Notes: generated by a model from the sequence alone, not told the origin. 64,000 nt of DNA from an uncultured Candidatus Saccharibacteria bacterium (GCA_964387275.1 CAYLVW010000004.1:10525-74524), one strand, 5' to 3'; shown: positions 26,507 through 36,614, numbered from the stretch's first letter. A program made the numbers and translations.

Positions 26507-27739
26507 ATGAACTATGATAGAAAAAGAATTGTAATAGTCGGTTCGGGATTTGCAGGAGTAAAAGCAGCAATGAGGCTAAATTCTTTGGTTGGAGATAAGG
26601 CTAAGGTCACTCTGGTTAGTAACACATCTCATTTTGAATATCATGCAACGTTGTATAGGGTTGCTTCGGGTTGTTCTCCTTTTGAAGTATGCATTCCACT
26701 TAGTGAGATTTTTCTGGGCTCTAAAGTTGAGATTGTTAAAGACGCTATCCTTTCTATTGATACTCAGAATAGTTGTGTGAGTGGTAAATCTGGGTCTTTG
26801 TATCATTATGATTACCTTGTTTTGGGTTTAGGTAGTGAGGCTGCTTTTTTTAATATTGATGGAGTTCGGGAAAACTCCTATTCATTCAAAAATGTCTCAG
26901 ATGCATTAAGATTAAAGAAACACCTTTATGAATCTTTTAAATCCTGTGTAGTTGAGGATTCCATGGACAATAAAAAATGTTCTTCCCACATTGTGATCGT
27001 CGGGGGTGGTGCAAGTGGCGTGGAACTAGCAGGACAGATGGTAGACTTTTGTAATCAGCTAGCTGAAGAATTTCACGTAGATCCAACATTTTTAAGAATA
27101 GATTTAGTAGAAAGTTCCGATAGGATTTTACGTAATATGAGTGTTGAAGCTTCGGAGGCTGCAATGAGGAGACTTGAAGATTTAGGTGTTAACGTGATAT
27201 TGGGTAAATCTATTTTAAAAGAAGATCTTGATACAGTCTATTTGCAAGGCTCTGAAATCAAAGCGAAAACTGTAATATGGACAGCTGGAATTGTAGCTAA
27301 CCCTGTATTAAAAACTGCTACTGGGTTTTCTTTCAACAACAGAGGTCAAGTTGTTGTTGATGATAACTTAAATCCTATTGGGCTAAATACTATTTATGTT
27401 ACAGGTGATGCTGCGGCAACTAAATATTCTGGTTGGGCTCAGACAGCTTTATATGATGGGAGTTTTGTAGCCGGAAAAATCTCAGATAGAATTAATCGTA
27501 CAAGTTTAAACGAAACATATATACCTTTTGAACCTCTTAACTATATACCAATAGGTAACAAGTGGGCACTTGCCGATTACAATGGTTTTATCATATCTGG
27601 TTTTTTTGGATGGCTATTTCGCAGGTATTTCGATCTTACAGTTTATATGTCTCTACTTCCATTTGATAAGGCCCTAAAGGCATTTCTTAGTACTTGGCTT
27701 GATAAAGATTCTTGTAAGACTTGTAAGGAGTTGGAATAA
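26507..27739 (+). CDS. type II NADH dehydrogenase / FAD-dependent pyridine nucleotide-disulfide oxidoreductase
   Basis: Two Rossmann motifs, IVIVGSGFAGVKAA and IVIVGGGASGVELAG. The start was moved to the ATG just after the upstream stop. Confidence 0.75.
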   Translation: MNYDRKRIVIVGSGFAGVKAAMRLNSLVGDKAKVTLVSNTSHFEYHATLYRVASGCSPFEVCIPLSEIFLGSKVEIVKDAILSIDTQNSCVSGKSGSLYHYDYLVLGLGSEAAFFNIDGVRENSYSFKNVSDALRLKKHLYESFKSCVVEDSMDNKKCSSHIVIVGGGASGVELAGQMVDFCNQLAEEFHVDPTFLRIDLVESSDRILRNMSVEASEAAMRRLEDLGVNVILGKSILKEDLDTVYLQGSEIKAKTVIWTAGIVANPVLKTATGFSFNNRGQVVVDDNLNPIGLNTIYVTGDAAATKYSGWAQTALYDGSFVAGKISDRINRTSLNETYIPFEPLNYIPIGNKWALADYNGFIISGFFGWLFRRYFDLTVYMSLLPFDKALKAFLSTWLDKDSCKTCKELE

Positions 27740-27746
27740 TAAGTTT

Positions 27747-28595
27747 ATGTACGTTTCCATAGACATAGGTGGAACCAAAACTAGAATAGCCTCTTCAAAA
27801 AATCTTCGGGATTTATATAAAGTTAAGAAGTTTCCAAGCTCATGGAACCTCAAAGAAGAAAAGCAAAATATACTCAGGGGTATAGATGAGGTCTCTGATG
27901 GAAAATCTGTAAGATGCATATGTATAGGTGTGCCAGGTCGTGTAGATTACTTAAGTGAGAAGTTTTTTAAACTACCAAATTACAGCGTACTAAATGATTT
28001 TCCCTTTGATTTTCTAGTAGGTGGTAAATATAGTAAAACTAAATTACTGGTAGAAAATGATGCCGCTTTAGCTGGCCTTGGGGAAGCAATGTTGGGAGCG
28101 GGTCTTACAAGTAAGGTTACAGCTTATATAACACTAAGTACGGGAGTGGGAGGTGTTAGGGTTGAGAAGATGAAGAAAAGCGTAAATTATTACTATTCAG
28201 AGCCTGGACATCAGATAGTTATGATGGATGGTAGGTATAATTCTAGTACAGGTCATCGAGGTTCTCTAGAGTCTTACATATCTGGCAGAGCTTTTGAGGA
28301 TATATATGGAGTTAAACCAGAGAAATGCGAGGTTGAGGCTTTTTGGCTGGATTATGCACGGTACTTAGCCGTTGGAATTCATAATGTCTCTGCAATGTGG
28401 GTGCCTGATCTTGTTGTACTGGGAGGAAGTTTATCAAAAAAGTTCCCTTTTTATAAATCTGAGCTAAGAAGATTACTTAGTACTGAGAAGTTTTTATCTA
28501 TCCCAAAAATAGTTACAGCTGAATTTTCTGATGACGCAGGTTTAATAGGTGGCTTTGTAAAAATAGGTCTTAGCAAGATAATTACTAAGCAATGA
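27747..28595 (+). CDS. ROK-family sugar kinase (glucokinase-like)
   Basis: MYVSIDIGGTKTRIA N-terminal ATPase motif. ENDAALAGLGEA matches ROK-family glucokinases. Confidence 0.75.
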   Translation: MYVSIDIGGTKTRIASSKNLRDLYKVKKFPSSWNLKEEKQNILRGIDEVSDGKSVRCICIGVPGRVDYLSEKFFKLPNYSVLNDFPFDFLVGGKYSKTKLLVENDAALAGLGEAMLGAGLTSKVTAYITLSTGVGGVRVEKMKKSVNYYYSEPGHQIVMMDGRYNSSTGHRGSLESYISGRAFEDIYGVKPEKCEVEAFWLDYARYLAVGIHNVSAMWVPDLVVLGGSLSKKFPFYKSELRRLLSTEKFLSIPKIVTAEFSDDAGLIGGFVKIGLSKIITKQ

Positions 28596-28738
28596 GTTTA
28601 TTATAATTTTTAGGTACTATTTTTTGGACTATCTACCAACAACATCTTACTTGTAGATACTAGTTATACTATATAAGTAACTCTAAGGCATAGGATAGAC
28701 AATATACGGTTATTATAGGATGAAAATTTGATTATTTC

Positions 28739-29842
28739 TTATTTTCTAAATAGGGCTTTAGCTGTGTCCCAATAGAAAGGCTCATTGTTGTGTTCTTTTT
28801 CCCATAACCACCATTCTGCTCCCCATACATAGTAATGTTTAAATCCTGCATTTTGTGCATAACTTATTGTATCTATGAAGTCTTTTTTTGACATTGTCAT
28901 GTCTTTATCTTCTTTTGATAGTTTTGTATTGAGTCCTGGTCCCCAAGGTTCTCCTTGTAGTTCCGTAACATATATTCTATCGATAGGCACTCCTACTAAA
29001 TTGGCTTTGATTTTGTAGGTCCAGTGAGCCAGGGGGTATTGAAAGTAGATGAATCTGCCTAGAAACACTCCCCAGAAGTCGTACCAAATTTTTCTATACA
29101 TTGATATTCCTAGATAATCTCCAAGTGAGTATGTAGGTAGCCAGAACCCACCCTCACCGCTATCTTGAACTAGTATTGGTCTTTTATCTATTTGACGTAC
29201 AAGTTTTATTTCTTCCACGATAGGTCCTCTGTCTAATGGTGCACATTCCCCAAATGGGAAGAATGGTTCGTTTTCTATTTGCCATATCTTTATACTATTA
29301 TACTTTTTAAGTTCTATTACAGTATTCATTGTAAATTCATAAAGTTCCCTATTTTTAGTCTCTTTGTCTTTTAGATTTTTCCACCATTGTGGCTCAAAAC
29401 ATTCCGGATATCTTGGTACTTTTTGACCTACAGATAGTATTACATGTAAGTTTCGTTTTTCAGCTTCTTCAAGCTGCCATTTTATATCGTCGTAGTTATA
29501 TTTATCTGGTTCAGGTTCTGATTCGTCCCAATATACTATTAGCCGTAGATTTTTGGCTCCTAGGTCATCTAGTATTTTTAGATATGCTTGTTTCCAATCC
29601 AGTCCTATTTCCGTGGCATATTTTTTACTAAAAGTAGTTCCATATTCTATATCCTTTTGTGGGGTGGGACGTAACAAGACAAAAAGTATTATAGGCCCCA
29701 CTATAAGTACTGAAAGAACTATTAGGAATATTTTAGTTATTTTGAGCGAGAGTAATTTCTTTAATAGTGTTACAGCTGACTTAACCTGCTCCTTATAAGT
29801 TTGTTTATGCTTAAATTTTTGTAGTATGGCAGTAAGTTTCAT
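28739..29842 (-). CDS. membrane-anchored glycoside hydrolase, clan GH-A (GH5-like)
   Basis: N-terminal TM. IWQIENEPFFPFG (NEP acid/base motif) and YVTELQGEPWG (TEL nucleophile region). TIM-barrel-like size. Confidence 0.55.
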   Translation of the reverse strand: MKLTAILQKFKHKQTYKEQVKSAVTLLKKLLSLKITKIFLIVLSVLIVGPIILFVLLRPTPQKDIEYGTTFSKKYATEIGLDWKQAYLKILDDLGAKNLRLIVYWDESEPEPDKYNYDDIKWQLEEAEKRNLHVILSVGQKVPRYPECFEPQWWKNLKDKETKNRELYEFTMNTVIELKKYNSIKIWQIENEPFFPFGECAPLDRGPIVEEIKLVRQIDKRPILVQDSGEGGFWLPTYSLGDYLGISMYRKIWYDFWGVFLGRFIYFQYPLAHWTYKIKANLVGVPIDRIYVTELQGEPWGPGLNTKLSKEDKDMTMSKKDFIDTISYAQNAGFKHYYVWGAEWWLWEKEHNNEPFYWDTAKALFRK

Positions 29843-29843
29843 T

Positions 29844-31046
29844 TTAAAGCTCTAAAGCATTATTTCTACAAATATTAGCATAATAATAAAAAGACTTTCT
29901 AGGTTTTCTTTTTAAGTTGTCTTCCCTATCAATCTCAACCAAGCCGAATCTCGGCCAGTATCCATGATGCCATTCAAAGTTGTCTATAAGAGACCAGTGA
30001 AAGTACCCTTTTAAATCAACACCTTTGTTAATAACTCTATAACATGCGTGCAAAATGCTTTTAATTTGCTGAGGTCTATATTCATCTTTTTCATCCGGCA
30101 TGCCGCTTTCTGTTATATATATAGGTTTGTTGTACTTTTTTAGTTTTAAGAGTATTTTTTCAAGCCCATCGTAGTTTAAGAATGATTTTGGCTCTCTGAA
30201 CATATCAGGGGCTTTTACAGGCCAAATACTATGTAGTTTTATTGTGAAGTAATAGTTCATTGCAATTATATCTATATGGTTTTTTATGTGGAACATGAAA
30301 AAATCTGTGTTGGCAAAGTAAAGGAGTTTACAAAGCATTTTGTCTAGTAGTCTAAGGGGGCCTTTTGTTTCTTCATACCAAACCATTTGAAGTGGTATCC
30401 CTACTTTTATTTCAGAGTTTATTTGCTTTATAGTGTTATAAGCTTTTATGTGGGCATTAATAAAGTTATTTTGAACAATAACTGAGAGTACTGGATTAAT
30501 TAGATTTGGAGGCCACTTTCCATTTGCAAAACCATATACAATGTATACGTGTGGCTCATTTATAGTTAAAAATGTATCTACTAAGTCCGCAAATTCTTCT
30601 GTACATTTTTTTACATACCTAGAGAAGATCGTAGGTGATAAGGGATTTACCCAACCTCCTTTTTGTGAAAACCATAGGGGATTTGTAAAGTGGTGAAGTG
30701 TGACAAATGTTTTTAAGTTGCGTTCTTTTGCTGCTTGGAGGACTTTTCTGTAATGATTAATTTCTTTTTGGTCAAAATATCCTTCTGCTGGCTCTATTCT
30801 TGCCCACTCTATGCTTATTCTTATAGCATTATTATTTAGTTTTTTTGCTAGTTCAAAGTCCTCCTCGAACCTATTGTAGGAATCACAAGCTATTCCAGAT
30901 TGTTCTCTTGGGTATTTTGTATTTTTTTTCTTGGGCTTTTTTTCCCAGTGCCACCAATCAGTATTATCATTATTACCTTCTATTTGATACGCTGCTGTAG
31001 CTGTTCCCCATAGGAAATTGTTTGGAAAATGTAATAGTTTTGTCAT
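29844..31046 (-). CDS. glycoside hydrolase family 1 beta-glucosidase
   Basis: FLWGTATAAYQIEGN, TLHHFTNPLWF, TINEPH (acid/base) and ITESG (nucleophile). It lies 1 bp downstream of the GH5-like gene. Confidence 0.9.
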   Translation of the reverse strand: MTKLLHFPNNFLWGTATAAYQIEGNNDNTDWWHWEKKPKKKNTKYPREQSGIACDSYNRFEEDFELAKKLNNNAIRISIEWARIEPAEGYFDQKEINHYRKVLQAAKERNLKTFVTLHHFTNPLWFSQKGGWVNPLSPTIFSRYVKKCTEEFADLVDTFLTINEPHVYIVYGFANGKWPPNLINPVLSVIVQNNFINAHIKAYNTIKQINSEIKVGIPLQMVWYEETKGPLRLLDKMLCKLLYFANTDFFMFHIKNHIDIIAMNYYFTIKLHSIWPVKAPDMFREPKSFLNYDGLEKILLKLKKYNKPIYITESGMPDEKDEYRPQQIKSILHACYRVINKGVDLKGYFHWSLIDNFEWHHGYWPRFGLVEIDREDNLKRKPRKSFYYYANICRNNALEL

Positions 31047-31049
31047 AGT

Positions 31050-31565
31050 TTAATATTTTGTAATCTCAAGAATTAGCAGTACCACTGATCCCCACCATGA
31101 GGTAAAAGAAAATATGAAGCTAACGAGAATTTTTGTTTGGAGTTTTTTTGGAAGAATTTCATCTATTTTACCTAATTTTTCTTGTTTTAAGAGATATGGG
31201 CTTACATAAAAGCTTAGAAATAGGCCGTTTATTACCATCGGGATAAGAATAAGTGATTGCAACCACTGTATTTGTGTAATGTTGTCACCTGCAGTGATAT
31301 TTAGAATTAGCCTTCCAAGTATAAATACTATTGTGCCAAGCCAGATTAATGGTTTAGTTATTTTGTGAGCTGTTATTGTTGCTTTTGTCCAATAGCCTGA
31401 TTTTTGACCTAGGAAACCGTGCACATCAATTACCGTTACTGCTCCTAAACCTATTATAAGTCCTATGATTGAAAGTGTGTTTCCGATTAGTTGGGTGCTC
31501 ATTTTTTTATTATATGTCTTTTGGGGTTTTTGTTGTATGTTTTTGCTATTTTTCAAACACTGCAT
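31050..31565 (-). CDS. integral membrane protein (hypothetical)
   Basis: Four or five TM helices. No recognisable motif. Confidence 0.5.
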   Translation of the reverse strand: MQCLKNSKNIQQKPQKTYNKKMSTQLIGNTLSIIGLIIGLGAVTVIDVHGFLGQKSGYWTKATITAHKITKPLIWLGTIVFILGRLILNITAGDNITQIQWLQSLILIPMVINGLFLSFYVSPYLLKQEKLGKIDEILPKKLQTKILVSFIFSFTSWWGSVVLLILEITKY

Positions 31566-31572
31566 ATGTTTA

Positions 31573-31623
31573 GGGCGGGCTGCAGACTAGCATTTGTGTA
31601 CAAATGCAGTCGTGCAGCCCGCC
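31573..31623. terminator. about 50-nt nested near-perfect GC palindrome/hairpin at the 3' end of a minus-strand gene
   Basis: GGCGGGCTGCA (31574-84) pairs with TGCAGCCCGCC (31613-23). The inner perfect 18-nt palindrome GCATTTGTGTACAAATGC sits at 31590-31607. It lies between two minus-strand genes. Confidence 0.45.
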
Positions 31624-31671
31624 TCTATCAAAAGCTAACCTATCCCAGCCAAATCCAAATCAACTCATCAT

Positions 31672-32205
31672 CTACTGCAGGTTATAACTTCCATTAACAC
31701 TACTAGTAATAAATCTAGAGAAAGCCTCTGGTGTTAGCTTGAATAAAGCAAAATCAATGCCTGAAACCCGTTCTGTCTTAAAGCTAATTCCATAAAGATC
31801 TGGATTTTCTATAATACCTTTGTGTGTATTTAGTAGATAATCCAGAAAACCTGTGTAGGCGGGGAAATCTGCTACAGTAGTTGGAGATCCAAACTTAGTA
31901 ATGATCACCCCTTCCACATACGCCTTTGTACTATTAATACCTTGTTTTACCATAGTGACCATAGGAAACTCAGACCCTTCAACTGTTGTTGTAATGACGA
32001 AAGCATCAAATCTTAAGTCATACTTTGTAGCAAATAGGCCAATGTAATGCTCACTATAATCGAAATTTAAGGACATATATGCTTTTGCAGCAATTCCTAT
32101 AACTAGCAGTAGAGCTATGGCAAAAAGTACATACTTTGCGATGCTCATGAAATCCATTTTCTCTCCTGGTTTTGAGAATTTACACTTTTTCGGGCTTTTT
32201 TTCAA
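31672..32205 (-). CDS. membrane-anchored extracytoplasmic protein (hypothetical)
   Basis: Single N-terminal TM (YVLFAIALLLVIGIAA) followed by a soluble domain. Confidence 0.5.
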   Translation of the reverse strand: MKKSPKKCKFSKPGEKMDFMSIAKYVLFAIALLLVIGIAAKAYMSLNFDYSEHYIGLFATKYDLRFDAFVITTTVEGSEFPMVTMVKQGINSTKAYVEGVIITKFGSPTTVADFPAYTGFLDYLLNTHKGIIENPDLYGISFKTERVSGIDFALFKLTPEAFSRFITSSVNGSYNLQ

Positions 32206-32259
32206 GAATTCTGTATTTACCGTATTTTTTAGCTCCCTTAGGGGTGATATAGTTTTAAT

Positions 32260-34803
32260 ATGTCTTTTTCCGACTACACAGCCCTAGATATTTCGGAACT
32301 TGAAACTAAATTACACTCAAGTGAGAAAGTCGGTTTGAGTACTGATAGCGCTAATTTAATCCTAAAAACTCAAGGACTAAACGAGATAAAAATCGGTAAA
32401 ACTACTTGGTTTGCAATTTTGTTAAGGCAGTTTAAATCCGCGTTTATTTATCTTCTTCTTGTTGCTGCAACGCTTGCTTTCCTTTTTGGGGAAAAAGTGG
32501 ATGCAGTAATGATTGTTATTTTTATACTAATAAATACTATTTTAGGATTTTATCAAGAATACAAATCTGACCTTTCCCTTAAAGATTTAGAAAAGTATGT
32601 AGTAAATAGGGTCAAAGTGATAAGAGATGGCCATCTAAGCAATATTGATTCAAAAGAACTTGTTGTTGGTGATTTAGTAGTTATTGAGACCGGAGATATT
32701 TTGCAAGCAGATATAAGACTTGTTGCTACTAATGACCTATTAGTAAATGAATCTATACTTACTGGTGAATCCATTGATGTTATTAAATCTGAAGCTTTGT
32801 TAAATCTATCTTCTGCTGATGTATACAAAGCTTCTAATGTAGTATTTAGTGGTACTACAGTTACGGATGGTGGTGGTAGAGGTTTTGTGATTGCAACCGG
32901 CCGAAATACCGAGATTGGAAAGATAGCCAAATTAAGTACAGAGACAAGAGATACAAGCAGTTTTGAGAAGCAGATTAACAAGTTTAGTAGCTTTATATTG
33001 TACCTTACAGTAGTAACCCTTCTTATAGTATTTGTTATTCAATTAATTACTAAGTCGGACACAATATCAGTGCCTGAGTTAATAGTTTTTTCAATTGCTA
33101 TGGCTGTTGGTGTTATTCCTGAGGCTCTTCCGCTTGTTACAACATTTTCTTTGACCCACGGGGCTAAAAGGCTGGCAAAGAAGAAAGTTATTGCTAAGAG
33201 GTTGTCTGCAATAGAAGATTTGGGAAGTATAGAAGTCTTGTGTAGTGATAAGACCGGAACTCTTACTGAAAATTCTATGACCGTATCTGAGATTTGGGGT
33301 ACTGATAAAGCAAGCACCTTATTCTATGCAGCAGTCGTTTCGGATTACTCTGGAGACTCAAAACTTCCTAATAACTCTTTCGACCTTGCTATTATAAAAG
33401 CCTGCTCTATGGAAGAAAAGGGTCGAGCTCTTGAGGTTGAGAAGATTTCAAATATACCATTTAATCCTTCTAGGAGGAGAAATTCAACTCTAATTAAAGA
33501 CGGCTTAAAATATGAGATTGTAGTGCGAGGTGCTCCGGAGTCTTTACTTTCCCATATCAAAGGTGTCAGACCTCAAAAACTTGAGGAAATTACCCATTGG
33601 CTTGTATTCCAGGGTATGTACGGCAGAAGAGTTCTTTTGGTTGCTAAAAGATCCTATTATGAGTCACTTGGTTACACTCCCCAGGACGAAGAGAAGGACT
33701 TAGAACTTATAGGTCTTATCTCATTTGAAGATCCTATAAAAGCTTCTACTTATGAGGCTGTGCAGAAGGCTAAAAAAATGGGCATAGATATAAAAGTACT
33801 AACTGGAGATAGTCCTGAAGTTGCGGGAGCAGTTGCATCTAAAGTCGGCATAATAACAGATCCTACTGATGTATTACTTGGTGATTTTTTAGAGAATAAA
33901 AGTTTAACAGAACGATTAAATTTAGTTAAAGCACATAGTGTATTTGCCAGAGTATCACCAGAGCAGAAATACAAAATAATTGAACTTCTTGAACAGAATC
34001 ATGAGGTAGGATACTTAGGTGAGGGTATAAATGACGCCCCTGCCTTAAAACTTGCTAATGTTGGCATAGTTGTTGAGGGGGCGTCTGCTGTTGCAAGGGA
34101 ATCTTCCGATATCATTCTTCTTGAAAATGATTTAAACGTGATAATTGAAGGTATCGAAGAAGGTAGAAGAACGTTTGTTAATACAACTAAGTATATAAAA
34201 TCCACTTTAGCTTCAAATTTTGGTAATTTCTATGCTTTAGCCTTTGCTTCTCTAGTAATTGACTATCTACCTATGCTTCCAGTACAGATTCTTTTGGTTA
34301 ATTTGCTTTCAGATTTTCCTATGATTAGTATTTCAACAGATGAGGTAGAGGCTGACGAGCTAAAAAGACCACATTCCTATGATGTCAGGGAGATTACTCT
34401 TATGGCTTCGATACTTGGGGTTATAAGCACATTTTTTGATTTTGTATTTTTTGCTTTATTTAAAGATTATGGTACAGGTCCTCTAAGAACCTATTGGTTT
34501 ATGGGCAGCATACTTACCGAGCTTCTGCTTATTTACTCTATTCGTACGAGAAAATGGTTCTTTAGAACCACTAAACAGCCATCTTTCACCATGGAATTTC
34601 TTACTTTATTTGCAGCTGTTGCAACTATACTAATACCATTTATACCTGCTGTAAGTAATTTTTTTGGATTTGTTGTGCCAAGTATTCAGCAGGTTATAGT
34701 AGTATTGGCAGTAACCCTTGGGTATTTTATAACTACTGAGGTGGTGAAACACTTCTACTATACTAGGTTTATTAACTATAAAACCAGACATGCTAAGTCA
34801 TAA
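32260..34803 (+). CDS. cation-transporting P-type ATPase (type II/III, Mg2+/Ca2+-type)
   Basis: CSDKTGTLTEN phosphorylation motif, IPEALPLVTT in TM4, TGD and GEGINDAPALKLANVGI. Confidence 0.85.
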   Translation: MSFSDYTALDISELETKLHSSEKVGLSTDSANLILKTQGLNEIKIGKTTWFAILLRQFKSAFIYLLLVAATLAFLFGEKVDAVMIVIFILINTILGFYQEYKSDLSLKDLEKYVVNRVKVIRDGHLSNIDSKELVVGDLVVIETGDILQADIRLVATNDLLVNESILTGESIDVIKSEALLNLSSADVYKASNVVFSGTTVTDGGGRGFVIATGRNTEIGKIAKLSTETRDTSSFEKQINKFSSFILYLTVVTLLIVFVIQLITKSDTISVPELIVFSIAMAVGVIPEALPLVTTFSLTHGAKRLAKKKVIAKRLSAIEDLGSIEVLCSDKTGTLTENSMTVSEIWGTDKASTLFYAAVVSDYSGDSKLPNNSFDLAIIKACSMEEKGRALEVEKISNIPFNPSRRRNSTLIKDGLKYEIVVRGAPESLLSHIKGVRPQKLEEITHWLVFQGMYGRRVLLVAKRSYYESLGYTPQDEEKDLELIGLISFEDPIKASTYEAVQKAKKMGIDIKVLTGDSPEVAGAVASKVGIITDPTDVLLGDFLENKSLTERLNLVKAHSVFARVSPEQKYKIIELLEQNHEVGYLGEGINDAPALKLANVGIVVEGASAVARESSDIILLENDLNVIIEGIEEGRRTFVNTTKYIKSTLASNFGNFYALAFASLVIDYLPMLPVQILLVNLLSDFPMISISTDEVEADELKRPHSYDVREITLMASILGVISTFFDFVFFALFKDYGTGPLRTYWFMGSILTELLLIYSIRTRKWFFRTTKQPSFTMEFLTLFAAVATILIPFIPAVSNFFGFVVPSIQQVIVVLAVTLGYFITTEVVKHFYYTRFINYKTRHAKS

Positions 34804-36274
34804 CATTAAATCAAATTGGTATAAGTACTTACTCTTAGTCGTAGTATTTTTCGTGTCATTTAGTTTTAGATTTATAAATCTAGGCTACTCAGAATTCCAG
34901 GATGATGAGAAAAAAGCTCTTATTAGGTTAAAATCCGATCAAAATGTTATCGAGTTTTTTATGGCTCAACGAAAAGGACCTATGCAGTTTTTTGTGTCGT
35001 CTGTTCCCTTATTACTTAACGGCTGGGATACTACCGACGAGTTAAATATAAGACTTCCCTTCTCCATAATAGGAAGTTTGGCTGTTATTGTTTTGTATTT
35101 GCTTCTTATTAGAGTAACTAGAAGTACAACGGTATCTTTTTTGGTTGCTTTACTTTTTTCTGTTAATGGTTTTTTTGTAGGCTTTGGGAGAGTAGCTCAA
35201 TACCAAAATCTGAATTTGTTTTTTTCTTTTCTTTGCTTGTTTCTGTTTTCGATTTCAAGAGATAAGGGCAGGAATTTAATACTGTGGTCAAATCTAGGCT
35301 CTGTCGCATGGGCTTTATCTCTTCTTAGTCACTGGGATGCGATATTTTTTCTAGTGCCCATTTTTTATTATGTAGCACTAATATTAAACTCCTCAATTCA
35401 CACTAAGAAACAGAAGATTGTTTTTATTATTTCTAATTTACTTACTGTTATAGTATTACTTCTGCCTTTTTTGGTTCCCTACTTTTTTTCTCAAGTAAAC
35501 AATGACTCAAATATGGAGTATTTAAGTAGGAGAGTTGGTATCAGCTCCTATGGATATCAAAATCACTTGAGTATATTTCAACTTTATAACCCACATCTAA
35601 CACTGTATGTATATGGAGCGTTAGCTCTACTTAGTGTTTTTAGTTTAAGAAAGTCTTGGATATACATACTGTGGTTTATAGTAAACTTTGTTTCAATTTT
35701 ATTTTTGATGAGTAAACCCGGGACACATATTTATAACTATGTTATTCCAGTTTTTTTCATGATTGCCTTAGGCCTGTCAGTACTTAGAAACAAGCTACTT
35801 TTGTTCTTGGTTTCGTTAATAATACTGTTTATTATCTATTTACTTGGCTACCAATCTTACAGACTTTTTATACATAATTCACCAGAGTATCCGTGGAATG
35901 ATAAACATATCTTTAGTAATCTAACAGCAAGGAAGTATGACGGTAAGGAGGTACTGACATTTGGGTTTCCCCACTTTCGAAATCTTAAATATATTAATCA
36001 GTTGATCGTAAGTGATTCCCCTGAGTGTAGATACTATATTTCTAATGAAGGTAAGGAGATTACTGAAATCTATATGTCAGGTGTTAAATATAAAAGTGTT
36101 GAGAATAAAACTTGTTACTATATTGTAAAAGTAAAGAGGGGTTTTATTTTCAACAGAGATAGTACAAGATATCCTGAAGAGATAGGGAGAACCCCTATTT
36201 ATTCTTTTTACAAAGATACCGAACGTTTAGTTGATGTATATAAAGTTGATAGAAGATCTTCTAGTGAAAGATAA
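34790..36274 (+). CDS. polytopic membrane glycosyltransferase, GT-C fold (third paralog in the window)
   Basis: At least 11 TM helices. Acidic first loop (EFQDDEKKALIRLKS). C-terminal soluble domain. Overlaps the ATPase stop. Confidence 0.5.
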   Translation: MLSHNIKSNWYKYLLLVVVFFVSFSFRFINLGYSEFQDDEKKALIRLKSDQNVIEFFMAQRKGPMQFFVSSVPLLLNGWDTTDELNIRLPFSIIGSLAVIVLYLLLIRVTRSTTVSFLVALLFSVNGFFVGFGRVAQYQNLNLFFSFLCLFLFSISRDKGRNLILWSNLGSVAWALSLLSHWDAIFFLVPIFYYVALILNSSIHTKKQKIVFIISNLLTVIVLLLPFLVPYFFSQVNNDSNMEYLSRRVGISSYGYQNHLSIFQLYNPHLTLYVYGALALLSVFSLRKSWIYILWFIVNFVSILFLMSKPGTHIYNYVIPVFFMIALGLSVLRNKLLLFLVSLIILFIIYLLGYQSYRLFIHNSPEYPWNDKHIFSNLTARKYDGKEVLTFGFPHFRNLKYINQLIVSDSPECRYYISNEGKEITEIYMSGVKYKSVENKTCYYIVKVKRGFIFNRDSTRYPEEIGRTPIYSFYKDTERLVDVYKVDRRSSSER

Positions 36275-36614
36275 TAACTCTTTTAGTAGTAATGTTTTAA
36301 GAGTAGTTAAGAGTATCCCTAAAGGTAGAGTTATGAGCTATGGCCAGATTGCACTAGTTTGTGGAAATCCTAGAGCGGCAAGACAGGTTGGGTGGGTGCT
36401 CAGCGGGTTAAGTAGGTCAAGAATTTTAGAAGAGTCTATTCCATGGTGGCGTGTTGTAAATAGAGACGGGGTTATTACTATAGTAGGAATTGATACTATA
36501 GAACCAGCTTCTTATGAGCAAAAACGCCTACTTATTGAGGATGGGGTGCCATTTTTGGAAGATTTCACTGTTGATATTAAGCGTTCTAGGCATGTTCCTG
36601 ATTATACCTTGTAG
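36231..36614 (+). CDS. MGMT-family DNA-binding protein lacking the active-site Cys (alkyltransferase-like, ATL)
   Basis: SYGQIALVCGNPRAARQVG helix-turn-helix region and IPWWRVVNRDG in place of MGMT PCHRVV. The start is uncertain because the ORF overlaps the upstream gene. Confidence 0.6.
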   Translation: MMYIKLIEDLLVKDNNSFSSNVLRVVKSIPKGRVMSYGQIALVCGNPRAARQVGWVLSGLSRSRILEESIPWWRVVNRDGVITIVGIDTIEPASYEQKRLLIEDGVPFLEDFTVDIKRSRHVPDYTL

